Below, piece by piece: positions 7,858-17,212 of a stretch of 26,131 nt of DNA. Position 1 is the stretch's first letter. Each line of letters opens with the position of its first letter. The translations under genes and the position numbers were made by a program. Source of the DNA: a virus (taxonomy: Duplodnaviria; Caudoviricetes); the IMG/VR virus record IMGVR_UViG_3300025696_000043, positions 1 through 26,131 of that record; one strand, 5' to 3'. Below the pieces are notes generated by a model that made no database searches, was not told where the DNA came from, and worked only from the letters and a program-made list of their open reading frames with translations.

Positions 7858-9564
7858 ATGAGCAAAAGAAAACCATTTGATTGGATTAACGAAGAATCAA
7901 TAACATTCTTACAAAGAGGATATCTTAGTGAGGGTGAAGAACCACTACAAAGAGTCAGAACAATTGCTGACCATGCAGAGAAATTATTAGGTATTGAAGG
8001 GTTCTCAGATAAATTTTACGACTACATGGGTAGAGGATGGTACTCATTATCTTCACCTGTATGGGCGAATTTTGGTAAGAAAAGAGGTTTACCTGTTAGT
8101 TGTTTCGGTTCTAACATCGGTGATAACATCGAGTCAATTCTGTATACACAAGCGGAAGTTGGTGAGATGAGTAAAATGGGGGGTGGTACTTCAGGTTACT
8201 TTGGTAATATCAGACATCGTGGTGCTGAGATTACTGACAACGGGTTAGCTCCTGGTTCTGTACATTTTATGAACCTGTTTGAGAGCGTTGTGGACAATAT
8301 CTCTCAGGGTTCAACTCGTAGAGGTCGTTTTTCACCTTACCTACCAGTAGAACATCCTGATATTATGGAGTTTTTAGAGATTGGTACTGAAGGATTCCCA
8401 ATCCAAGACTTGACACACGGTGTTACTGTTACCGATGAGTTTATGAATGAGATGATTGCAGGTGACCAAGACAAAAGAGCGATTTGGGCTAAGGTAATCC
8501 AAAGACGTGGTGAGATTGGTTATCCATACATCATGTTCCATGATACCATGAACAACAAGACTGTTGATGTTTATAAAGACAAAGACGCGACGATTTACAA
8601 CTCTAACTTATGTTCTGAGATTGCATTACATAACTCTGAAGAAGAGTCATTTGTTTGTGTATTATCATCAATGAATGTTCTTCACTATGATGAGTGGAAA
8701 GATACTGATGCTGTTGAAACATTAACAATGTTCTTAGATGCAATTGTAACTGAACTTTTAACTAAGATTGAAGATATTAGGGATAATGGTACGATTGAAG
8801 GTAAAAGAGCATTCTTCTACATGGAAAAAGCATACAACTTCGCTAAGAGACAAAGAGCTTTAGGTTTAGGGGTATTAGGGTGGCACTCATTACTTCAGTC
8901 AAAAGAACTACCGTTTGACACAAGAGAAACTGCAAGATTAAACGTTGAGGTATTCAAGTTAATTAAAGAAAAATCATACGCAGCATCTGAACAATTGGCT
9001 GAGATGTTTGGGGAACCTGAATACTTAAAAGGTTACGGTAGAAGAAATGTTACGTTGAATGCAATTGCACCGACAACATCTTCGGCGTTTATCTTAGGTC
9101 AGGTATCACAATCAATTGAACCAATTTGGTCTAACTGTTACATCAAGGATGTTGCTAAGATGAAGGTAACTATTAAAAATCCTGTATTGAAAGAGTTATT
9201 AGGTGAGATGGGTAAGGACACCAAAGAGGTTTGGTCTATCATTAAAAAGAATGATGGTTCAGTACAACAATTGGACTTCCTAAGTGACGAACAAAAAGAT
9301 GTGTTTAGAACTTTCTCAGAGATTAACCAATCTTCAATTATTAACCAAGCTGCGGTTCGTCAAGATTATATTGACCAGTCACAGTCACTAAACTTAATGA
9401 TTTCACCTGACATGCCGACAAGGGATGTTAACAAACTTCTTATCGAAGCTTGGCAGTTGGGAGTAAAGACATTATACTATCAACACTCAATGAACTCGGC
9501 TCAGGCTTTCGCAAGAAAGAAACTAAATCTGAACGACCTTCAATGTGTGGCATGTGAAGGATAA
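7858..9564 (+). CDS. nrdA: Ribonucleotide reductase class I alpha subunit lacking an ATP cone
   Basis: PVSCF, GGGTS, SNLCSEI, VCVLSS, LGLGVLG, IAPTTSS, KTLYY and C-terminal CVACEG; only 568 aa with no cone. Confidence 0.96.
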   Translation: MSKRKPFDWINEESITFLQRGYLSEGEEPLQRVRTIADHAEKLLGIEGFSDKFYDYMGRGWYSLSSPVWANFGKKRGLPVSCFGSNIGDNIESILYTQAEVGEMSKMGGGTSGYFGNIRHRGAEITDNGLAPGSVHFMNLFESVVDNISQGSTRRGRFSPYLPVEHPDIMEFLEIGTEGFPIQDLTHGVTVTDEFMNEMIAGDQDKRAIWAKVIQRRGEIGYPYIMFHDTMNNKTVDVYKDKDATIYNSNLCSEIALHNSEEESFVCVLSSMNVLHYDEWKDTDAVETLTMFLDAIVTELLTKIEDIRDNGTIEGKRAFFYMEKAYNFAKRQRALGLGVLGWHSLLQSKELPFDTRETARLNVEVFKLIKEKSYAASEQLAEMFGEPEYLKGYGRRNVTLNAIAPTTSSAFILGQVSQSIEPIWSNCYIKDVAKMKVTIKNPVLKELLGEMGKDTKEVWSIIKKNDGSVQQLDFLSDEQKDVFRTFSEINQSSIINQAAVRQDYIDQSQSLNLMISPDMPTRDVNKLLIEAWQLGVKTLYYQHSMNSAQAFARKKLNLNDLQCVACEG

Positions 9565-9591
9565 TTGTTAAAAATGGCAATTAATAAAGAT

Positions 9592-9618
9592 AAAGAGGAC
9601 TTCGGTCCTCTTTTTTTT
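9592..9618 (+). terminator. Rho-independent terminator with cUUCGg tetraloop
   Basis: AAAGAGGAC-TTCG-GTCCTCTTT followed by a T run; separates the RNR genes from the baseplate module. Confidence 0.93.
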
Positions 9619-9637
9619 GCAATTTAATTAGTTAAGA

Positions 9638-9645
9638 TATTTATA
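9638..9645 (+). promoter_or_regulatory. TATTTATA motif at the start of the structural module
   Basis: Just downstream of the terminator and 4 nt upstream of the gp25 ATG, where transcription must restart. Confidence 0.5.
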
Positions 9646-9649
9646 GACA

Positions 9650-10114
9650 ATGGCAGACGGTAAAACATATGGAATTAACTTTCCTTTTCAGGATAGTAAA
9701 GAAGGGAAATATCTCTCGCTTTCTCAAACGGCAGATGAGGAGATTAGGACCGACTTACTACATTTGATACTAACTAGAAAAGGTAGTAGATATTATTTAC
9801 CTGATTTTGGTACAAGAATATATGAATTTATTTTTGAACCGATGGATGGGACAAGTTTTGAGGCAATTAAGTCGGATATTGAAAATGCGGTTGAAACTTA
9901 CATACCTAATTTAACAATAAATGAGATAACGATAACACCATACTTAGAAGATTTAGATATTCAGGGTGAATTAAATGTAGAAAAGTTAGGTGTTGGAGGT
10001 ATATATAGAATACCTGGTCGAGGTGTCGAAGAGTATACTGCGAAATTAAGAATAGATTTTACTATTACCGATAGTACTTTCCAAACCAAAGATTTTATAA
10101 TAATCAATATTTAA
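9650..10114 (+). CDS. gp25: Baseplate wedge protein, gp25/GpW family
   Basis: LILTRKGSRYYLPDFGTRIYEFIFEP matches the gp25 signature (T..GER...P.FG..l...lFEP); precedes a gp6-like gene. Confidence 0.9.
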   Translation: MADGKTYGINFPFQDSKEGKYLSLSQTADEEIRTDLLHLILTRKGSRYYLPDFGTRIYEFIFEPMDGTSFEAIKSDIENAVETYIPNLTINEITITPYLEDLDIQGELNVEKLGVGGIYRIPGRGVEEYTAKLRIDFTITDSTFQTKDFIIINI

Positions 10115-10120
10115 TAGTAG

Positions 10121-11959
10121 ATGGCAAGTAAGAAAATTTCATACACAGAAAGAGACTTTGAAGGGTTGAGACAGGATTTGGTAAATTATACCAAACAATA
10201 TTATCCTGAATTAATCGATAACTTTAATGATGCCGCGGTATATTCTGTTCTTATGGACCTTAATGCTGCGATTGGTGATAACTTAAATTATCACATTGAT
10301 AGAAGTATTCAAGAGACGGTTCTTCAATACGCACAGCAACGTTCATCAATCTTTAATATTGCCAGAACTTATGGTTTAAAAATACCGGGTAACAGACCTT
10401 CAGTTTCGATTGTTGATTTTTCTGTAACAGTACCAGCGTTTGGTGACCAGGAAGATTCAAGGTACTTAGGTATCTTAAGAGCCGGTTCACAAGTGATTGG
10501 TGCAGGTCAGGTATTTGAAAATGTTTATGATATTGATTTTGCTTCACAGTACAATAATGAAGGTTTCCCTAACAGAACAAAAATACCTAACTTTGATTCT
10601 AATAATGTATTAATTAATTACACTATTACTAAAAGGGAGGTTGTTGTTAATGGTTTAACTAAAGTATTCAAAAAGACAATCAACCCTAATGATGTTAAGC
10701 CGTTCTTTGAATTCTTTTTACCTGAACAGAATGTATTAGAGGTTGTTGATATTATTCAAAAAGATGGTACATCATTTCAGTCAACGCCAACTTACTCTGA
10801 ATTTGTGAATACTCAAGACAGATGGTATGAGGTTGAATCATTAGCTGAGAGTACTGTTTTTGTTGAAGATACGACAAAACCATCCGACTTACCTGGTATT
10901 AAGGTTGGTAGTTATATTGATACGGAAGAAAGATTTATCACTGAATATACACCTCAAGGGTTTATGAAAGTACAGTTTGGTGGTGGAACTACGACACCTG
11001 ACGACCAACTCGCTGAGTTTGCGAGAAATGGGGTGTCTATGAGAATTCAGGATTATCAAAATAATATTGGTTTAGGTAGGACCGTCAAAGCAAATACCAC
11101 GTTATTTGTTAAATATAGAGTGGGTGGTGGTACATCATCTAATATTGGTGTTAACTCGATTAATCAGGTGGGTACCGTAAATTTCTTTGTAAATGGACCC
11201 TCGAATACTAATAACCAAACAGTAATCAATTCATTAACTGTTAATAATGTTACTGCTGCGATTGGTGGAGCTAATCAACCATCGATAGAGGAAGTGAGAA
11301 ACATGGTAACATTTAATTATGCATCACAAAACAGGGCGGTTACTATCAATGATTATAATGCGTTAGTGAGAAAAATGCCAGGAAAATATGGGGCTCCTGC
11401 AAAGACCGCTATTACAGAAAAAGACAATAAGATTAATATTAACGTATTATCTTATGATGCTAACGGTAGTCTTACTCAGACAGTTTCGAACACATTAAAA
11501 CAAAACATTGCAAATTATCTATCAAAATATAGAATGATTAATGATTATATATCAGTTAACGTTGGTCAGGTAATTGATTTGGAATATGACTTATCTGTTG
11601 TATTGGACTCAGGTCAAAATCAAGGTACGGTTATCACTAAAATCATTGATGAGGTGTCTAAATATATGGCACCAATAGATAGAACTATGGGTGGAAACGT
11701 ATTTATATCTCAGATTAAGAAAACTATTCAAGATGTTGCAGGTGTAATTTCAATTACAGAACTTAAAGTTTATAATAAAGTTGGGGGTCAATATTCTTCA
11801 TCAGAGACATCTCAGAGATATGTGGATTCAGATACAAAAGAGATACAATTAGTTGATGAAACAATATTTGCGGAACCTTCACAAATCTATCAAGTCAGAT
11901 TCCCTGAGAAGGATATTAAGGTTAGAGTTAAGAACCTTAAAAACGTTGACTACAAATAA
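10121..11959 (+). CDS. gp6: Baseplate wedge subunit, T4 gp6 / baseplate J-like
   Basis: N-terminal RDFEGLRQDL, ETVLQYAQQRSSIFNIARTYGLK, central FGGG and YRVGGG, GG...SIEEVR...QNRAVTINDY motifs; 612 aa. Confidence 0.88.
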   Translation: MASKKISYTERDFEGLRQDLVNYTKQYYPELIDNFNDAAVYSVLMDLNAAIGDNLNYHIDRSIQETVLQYAQQRSSIFNIARTYGLKIPGNRPSVSIVDFSVTVPAFGDQEDSRYLGILRAGSQVIGAGQVFENVYDIDFASQYNNEGFPNRTKIPNFDSNNVLINYTITKREVVVNGLTKVFKKTINPNDVKPFFEFFLPEQNVLEVVDIIQKDGTSFQSTPTYSEFVNTQDRWYEVESLAESTVFVEDTTKPSDLPGIKVGSYIDTEERFITEYTPQGFMKVQFGGGTTTPDDQLAEFARNGVSMRIQDYQNNIGLGRTVKANTTLFVKYRVGGGTSSNIGVNSINQVGTVNFFVNGPSNTNNQTVINSLTVNNVTAAIGGANQPSIEEVRNMVTFNYASQNRAVTINDYNALVRKMPGKYGAPAKTAITEKDNKININVLSYDANGSLTQTVSNTLKQNIANYLSKYRMINDYISVNVGQVIDLEYDLSVVLDSGQNQGTVITKIIDEVSKYMAPIDRTMGGNVFISQIKKTIQDVAGVISITELKVYNKVGGQYSSSETSQRYVDSDTKEIQLVDETIFAEPSQIYQVRFPEKDIKVRVKNLKNVDYK

Positions 11960-11965
11960 TAATAA

Positions 11966-11994
11966 TTTACAACATATACTTGTGGGTTTATATT
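11966..11994 (+). promoter_or_regulatory. Possible sigma70-like promoter TTTACA-N17-TATATT
   Basis: 5/6 and 5/6 matches with 17-nt spacing in the gap before the 1725-aa gene; AT-rich background lowers confidence. Confidence 0.4.
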
Positions 11995-12003
11995 AGTAAA
12001 ATG

Positions 12004-12021
12004 GATAAATAAGTATTTATC
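12004..12021. promoter_or_regulatory. Perfect inverted repeat GATAAATA-ag-TATTTATC containing the TATTTAT motif on both strands
   Basis: 8-bp arms with a 2-nt spacer, 13 nt upstream of ATG 12035. Confidence 0.5.
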
Positions 12022-12034
12022 TTAAAACCACATT

Positions 12035-15000
12035 ATGTCTAAGTCATATAGAATACGTACAAAATTGGGAACTGACCAAAACATTCGAATGAATGTGGAG
12101 CAGGACTTTGATTTTCTTGAAATCTTATCATTGAAGTTAAGACAAGAAGATGTGTACTCAAGATTCTGTGCTGATTACGGTGTTGTTGTTGGTAGAGTCG
12201 TAGCCAATAGTGGGTTTGGTATTCCAAATGCACGGGTATCTATTTTTATTCCTGTGGAAGATATGGATTTAGAAGACCCCGTAATATCAACCTTATACCC
12301 TTACAAGTCACCAACACAAAAAAATGAAGATGGGTATAGGTATAATCTTTTACCTTATGAGAAACAATATGGTGGACACACACCGACGGGTACTTTCCCT
12401 TCAAGGTCAGATGTATTAACTCGTAATGAGGTATTGGAAATCTATGAAAAGTATTACAAATTTACTGTAAAAACAAACGATTCAGGTGACTTTATGATTA
12501 CCGGTGTTCCGTTGGGTAATCAGAAGATTGTATTGGATATGGACCTATCAGATATGGGTTGTTTCTCTTTGAGACCTCAGGATTTGATTAGGATGAATAT
12601 GGGTGTTGCCGAGCAGTTTGACGGTTCAAATTTTAAATCATCAACAAATATTGATGAATTACCACAAATTATTAGCCAAGTAAAAGACATTGATGTTGCA
12701 TCATTTTGGGGTCAAGAGGACTTATGTAATATTGGAATCACGAGAAACGATTTTGATTTAAGGGAGTTGGGTATTGAGATTCAGCCGACAGCCGTGTTTA
12801 TGGGTTCTATCTTCAGTGATGTTGACAGTAGACCAATCAAACCTAACTGTAAACCAAGAACGGAGCAGGGTGATTTATGTAACTTAGCCACGGGTCCTGG
12901 TGAAATACTCGCAGTTAGACAGACTATAGATATTGACGATAATGGGGACCCTATATTAGAACAATATAGTTTACCAAACTCAGGTAAGGTTATAGATGAG
13001 AATGGTGCTTTTGTTACCGATGTCCCAATGAACTTAGATTATGTGGTTACTAATGAGTTTGGTGAGACTGTGTTATCTAATGACCAATCTATTGGTGTAC
13101 CTACAAAGGGTAAGTATAGATTTAAAATCAAGTATCAATCTGAGGAAAATGGACCACCATTTGAGGGAGACCAGTTATTTCCTATTATTGGTGATGTTAT
13201 GAGAGCTAATTTTATTGTTCCACAAATCCGTGAGTACGGTTGGAACGGTACAATCAATAATTCAGGTGTTGACCCTTCAACTAAGGATACTGAGACTAAA
13301 GTCAATGTTAGCTTTTTAGACCCATCACAGATTACGGAAACTAAAACGTTGTTAATACAGTCTAATACTACTGTGACGATTCCATTCAATGACAACCTTG
13401 AGGCGATTGAATTAACTGTTAATGGTATAGTTAGAAACGAAAAGTGGATAGAATTCCCAAATGGGGGGACACTGACTATTCAGGTGACTAAGAAAACTAT
13501 TGAAATAGGAAATCCACCTCAAACTGTGGGTCAGGATGTTACCGTTGAAGTGGAACAATATGATTACGACTACATTCAGTTTCAAAAGTCTTATGCCTTC
13601 TCATTGGATTGGGATGAATATGCCGATAAGGATTCTGCGGTCAAGTGTGAGGATTCATTTTACTTGATGAACTATAACAAAGTTTATACACCATCACAAA
13701 TGATTGATGAGTATAGGTCAGGTTTTGGTCGTGCTAGATTCTTAGGGATTAAGGAGATATTGGATAGAGGTTGTGAGAACGATACTAATAAATTCCCTGT
13801 CAATGATGGGGTTAAAAACTTTAATTTCTTATTCTTAATTGTGAATCTGTTGTTAACTATTTTCACACCTGTTATATTATCATTAACGGTTATTGGTCAT
13901 GTTATTTGTTTCTTATGGCCAATAATAAGGATAATAATAAATTTCCTTGTGACCGTTGTTGTTGTTGTGATAAATTCGATAATTGCGATAATAAATTTAA
14001 TAAGGAAATTATTTGGTAGTAAAAAAGACCCGATTCAACCGTTAACATTTCCTTCTTTATCTAAGAAGTGTCCATTATCCGCAATTCCATTACCAAATCT
14101 TTCATATCCTGAATGTCAAGCTTGTGCTTGTGAAGAAAGGCCTGCAGGTCAAAACACTGAAGTAGGTGAAGTTGAGAGTAATACCACCTTATTGATTGAT
14201 ACTAACGAAAATGAATATTACAATAACTTGGTGGGTTATAATAATGATGATACCACTGAATGGTTAAAATTCACCAATGGTTTTCAAACGGTGATGGCTG
14301 GAAATGACCTTTACGGTGACGAACAACAATCCTTAACTCCTTGGTTGAACTCCGATAGTAATCCTGATGTCTCACAGAATACTTGGTCAAGAGATATTCC
14401 ATTAAGTGAGAGATTTAATCTTTTCAACGTTAAGGCTAAATATCATCAATTTAATGGGTATAATAGAATTGACACTTACATCAATCCAACAAAAAATAAT
14501 TCCAAAAAACATAGTGATAATGTTGTTATGTTAGTCCTCGACCCTGGTCAGTTAAATACGTTTAAATCAGGAACGATTGTTTCATTCAATGACCCTAATA
14601 AAACAAATGACCCGAATGTAAGTGGGGGTACAACAGGTACTACAATTTTTATTACGCAAAGTGCTTCAACGGTACAAATTAAATCTATGTCACCGACTAA
14701 TTTGGGTTCAGCTATTAATAATTACGTAATCACAGGTACTACAGGGAGTTCAGTTAATTATGGTTTTGCATCTGATATCGAATATTTCCAAGTCATAACG
14801 GGGCAGACTCTTGCTGATTATGAGAATACTATTGGAGTTAATAGTAGTTCAAATGGATTGATATCATACGGAGCCCCGAACGACACCCTTGGTCAATTCT
14901 ACCTATTCGGTTGGCAAAAAGTCACAAAAACCGGTGGTACAAATGCCCTTTTTGAACCTACAACGTATCCTAAAGGAAGTCTTAATGGGGACTATTTTGA

Positions 15001-17212
15001 ATCTGAGGTTCCGAATATAAAATTGAATTCTGATTGGGGCAACCAATGTGTCGTCTTTTTGGTGAGAGGTGTCGACCCCAATACACCAAGACAGGATATT
15101 AAATATGACTTATCTAAATTGTATGGATTTAATATGGGTAATGGACCACAGGTAAGGGGTAATTTCAAAATGAATATCCCTATTCAGCCATATGCAAATG
15201 CCAACTCAGATTGGAGAATACCGAGACATGATAAAATAAATGATAATGGTTCTAATTGTTCTGAAACTGGTTTACCGATATATTTTGATTCATTCTCATT
15301 CTCCCCTAATTCTTCAATGTATCAGGATTATCAGAATAGGAATACTAAGTTCTATTCAAGTATGGATAAGAATAATAAAGATGATAATAAAAACCCTGAA
15401 TATAAAAATGATGCAACCAGAACTCCGAATTTTACAAATCTTGCTGGGAACTGGGGTCGGATGCAAGAAAACGGAGATTTCTTATTTAATTATAGGCAAG
15501 ATGAGGTTGTTGAAGGTGGTAGTTTGATTATGTCTAAAGATGGTACACCTAATGGAGATGGTGATTGGTCTTACGCGTCACCAGTATATTACAAAAACGC
15601 CCCTAATATGTCATTAACAATGTCAGACTCATCCAAGTTGGTTATGAGGACAGATAGGTTACCAACATCAGATAATACATATAAGAGATTTTCTCTTCAT
15701 CAAAACAAGAGGTTTGCCATTTATACAATCGAAGATAGTGGAGAAGTATCGTCTTTTAATTTTGGTGGTGATGATGGATTTGGTGATGGTAGTGAAGACT
15801 TCAATGAAGATGCAGGTGCAATTGCTACACAAGTTAATGAAACTTTTTCATGTGAAGGTATGGTACCCTTGGAGTGTTATACCGGTAATGGGGAGACAAT
15901 TGGTGTTGAGGCGCCTGATAATCGTTGTTATTATGTTGATAATAAGAAAGAGATTAAGAAAATGTATAATGGATGTTATTACCTTATTACTAAGAACTTT
16001 GCAATCCGTGAAGACTTCCAATCCATAACAGAATGGAGGGCAAGATTCAGAATGATGTTTGCTTTGTGTAATAACGTTGTGAGTTTGACATTTGTTAATA
16101 ATTGGATTAATGGTTCATTATATATGTTTGCGTTCCAAAAGGATAATGTGTATGGTAATGATATTAATAAAACCACATTCACTAGTAATCCGAGATATGT
16201 GTACTGTAAAGACACTACCGTTTATCAAATAGTTACAAATTCATTCTATTACAGGGCTACACCGTACAATCCTAATCAACCACAAGGTGAAAGATTTATT
16301 GGTAGAGATAATGCTCCACAACCAAGAGCCTTTGGTGGGTCAAATGGTGCTAATAAGAAGTTTTTAGGGAATCCAACAACCATTATGGATTTAGGTCCAA
16401 GAGATTTATTTACTAAAGAGATATGTTATAACCCTGAATTTCAAGGATATATTGTTGATAAGATTAAAAGTTCATCGTATAACGATACTTCAGACATATT
16501 ACAACTTTTCGCAATTAGTAGATTAACAGATGCTGGTTTTTGGGAACAGATATTAGGTTTGGGAGACGGTTCAGTTCAGAAATTATTCTCAAGGTCTAAT
16601 CAAAGATTGGACGGAGATGTTGCTCAATTATTAAGTATTAACTCTGAATTTGGTGTGGTACCTTATTTAGGTTCTAATTATACGGATAATCAGATTAGAT
16701 ATATACAGGAAGGTAAGGACCCAGTATTGGGTATATTCTTTAGTGCTAATACAATCAATAGAGATTTGATTAGCCCTGGTAGATATACGTTCGAAGATAC
16801 ACTTACAAACTTCCTAACAGATAACTACGGTCATAATGACCAGCTAGTTCCTTACCATAAGTGGGAGATTATAGATAATAGTACAAGTATATTTGGTACT
16901 CAATATAATGACTGGCGTAGTAAAAAGTCACAAGATGGTATAGGGTCTGTAAACTTTCAAAGTGAAGATAGAATGACCTCACAAAACACATTCAATACTA
17001 ATACTGATATGCCTTCAACACAAAGACCAGGTTACATTTACAACTCTAATATTGTGGGTAATAAAGTTGAAGTGACCGAATCAAAACCCGCGAATTTTAA
17101 AAATAAGATACACAGTGGTTCACCATACTTCTTCTACTTTGGATTAAGAACAGGTGCGTCCTCTATGAATAAGTTTATTGATAAATTTATCTTGAATCAA
17201 GAAAAATTATGA
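12035..17212 (+). CDS. Large putative virion (baseplate/tail) protein, 1725 aa, with N-terminal carboxypeptidase-regulatory-like beta-sandwich and an internal hydrophobic hairpin
   Basis: VVGRVVANSGFGIPNARVSIF...KTNDSGDFMITGVPLG pattern; long hydrophobic stretch at residues ~596-661; directly follows gp25-gp6. Confidence 0.75.
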   Translation: MSKSYRIRTKLGTDQNIRMNVEQDFDFLEILSLKLRQEDVYSRFCADYGVVVGRVVANSGFGIPNARVSIFIPVEDMDLEDPVISTLYPYKSPTQKNEDGYRYNLLPYEKQYGGHTPTGTFPSRSDVLTRNEVLEIYEKYYKFTVKTNDSGDFMITGVPLGNQKIVLDMDLSDMGCFSLRPQDLIRMNMGVAEQFDGSNFKSSTNIDELPQIISQVKDIDVASFWGQEDLCNIGITRNDFDLRELGIEIQPTAVFMGSIFSDVDSRPIKPNCKPRTEQGDLCNLATGPGEILAVRQTIDIDDNGDPILEQYSLPNSGKVIDENGAFVTDVPMNLDYVVTNEFGETVLSNDQSIGVPTKGKYRFKIKYQSEENGPPFEGDQLFPIIGDVMRANFIVPQIREYGWNGTINNSGVDPSTKDTETKVNVSFLDPSQITETKTLLIQSNTTVTIPFNDNLEAIELTVNGIVRNEKWIEFPNGGTLTIQVTKKTIEIGNPPQTVGQDVTVEVEQYDYDYIQFQKSYAFSLDWDEYADKDSAVKCEDSFYLMNYNKVYTPSQMIDEYRSGFGRARFLGIKEILDRGCENDTNKFPVNDGVKNFNFLFLIVNLLLTIFTPVILSLTVIGHVICFLWPIIRIIINFLVTVVVVVINSIIAIINLIRKLFGSKKDPIQPLTFPSLSKKCPLSAIPLPNLSYPECQACACEERPAGQNTEVGEVESNTTLLIDTNENEYYNNLVGYNNDDTTEWLKFTNGFQTVMAGNDLYGDEQQSLTPWLNSDSNPDVSQNTWSRDIPLSERFNLFNVKAKYHQFNGYNRIDTYINPTKNNSKKHSDNVVMLVLDPGQLNTFKSGTIVSFNDPNKTNDPNVSGGTTGTTIFITQSASTVQIKSMSPTNLGSAINNYVITGTTGSSVNYGFASDIEYFQVITGQTLADYENTIGVNSSSNGLISYGAPNDTLGQFYLFGWQKVTKTGGTNALFEPTTYPKGSLNGDYFESEVPNIKLNSDWGNQCVVFLVRGVDPNTPRQDIKYDLSKLYGFNMGNGPQVRGNFKMNIPIQPYANANSDWRIPRHDKINDNGSNCSETGLPIYFDSFSFSPNSSMYQDYQNRNTKFYSSMDKNNKDDNKNPEYKNDATRTPNFTNLAGNWGRMQENGDFLFNYRQDEVVEGGSLIMSKDGTPNGDGDWSYASPVYYKNAPNMSLTMSDSSKLVMRTDRLPTSDNTYKRFSLHQNKRFAIYTIEDSGEVSSFNFGGDDGFGDGSEDFNEDAGAIATQVNETFSCEGMVPLECYTGNGETIGVEAPDNRCYYVDNKKEIKKMYNGCYYLITKNFAIREDFQSITEWRARFRMMFALCNNVVSLTFVNNWINGSLYMFAFQKDNVYGNDINKTTFTSNPRYVYCKDTTVYQIVTNSFYYRATPYNPNQPQGERFIGRDNAPQPRAFGGSNGANKKFLGNPTTIMDLGPRDLFTKEICYNPEFQGYIVDKIKSSSYNDTSDILQLFAISRLTDAGFWEQILGLGDGSVQKLFSRSNQRLDGDVAQLLSINSEFGVVPYLGSNYTDNQIRYIQEGKDPVLGIFFSANTINRDLISPGRYTFEDTLTNFLTDNYGHNDQLVPYHKWEIIDNSTSIFGTQYNDWRSKKSQDGIGSVNFQSEDRMTSQNTFNTNTDMPSTQRPGYIYNSNIVGNKVEVTESKPANFKNKIHSGSPYFFYFGLRTGASSMNKFIDKFILNQEKL

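Noticed and set aside
2645-9564. Inteins, introns or homing endonucleases in uvsX, helicase or nrdAB
   Set aside because: Proteins are normal or minimal in length with contiguous motifs; no insertion or endonuclease ORF seen.
9563-9582. Small hairpin AATTGTTA-aaaa-TGGCAATT after nrdA
   Set aside because: AT-rich with two G-U pairs, too weak to call; the adjacent UUCG hairpin explains termination.
683-12034. tRNA or structured ncRNA in intergenic gaps
   Set aside because: Gaps are at most about 150 nt and are accounted for by promoters and terminators; no cloverleaf or T-loop motif seen.
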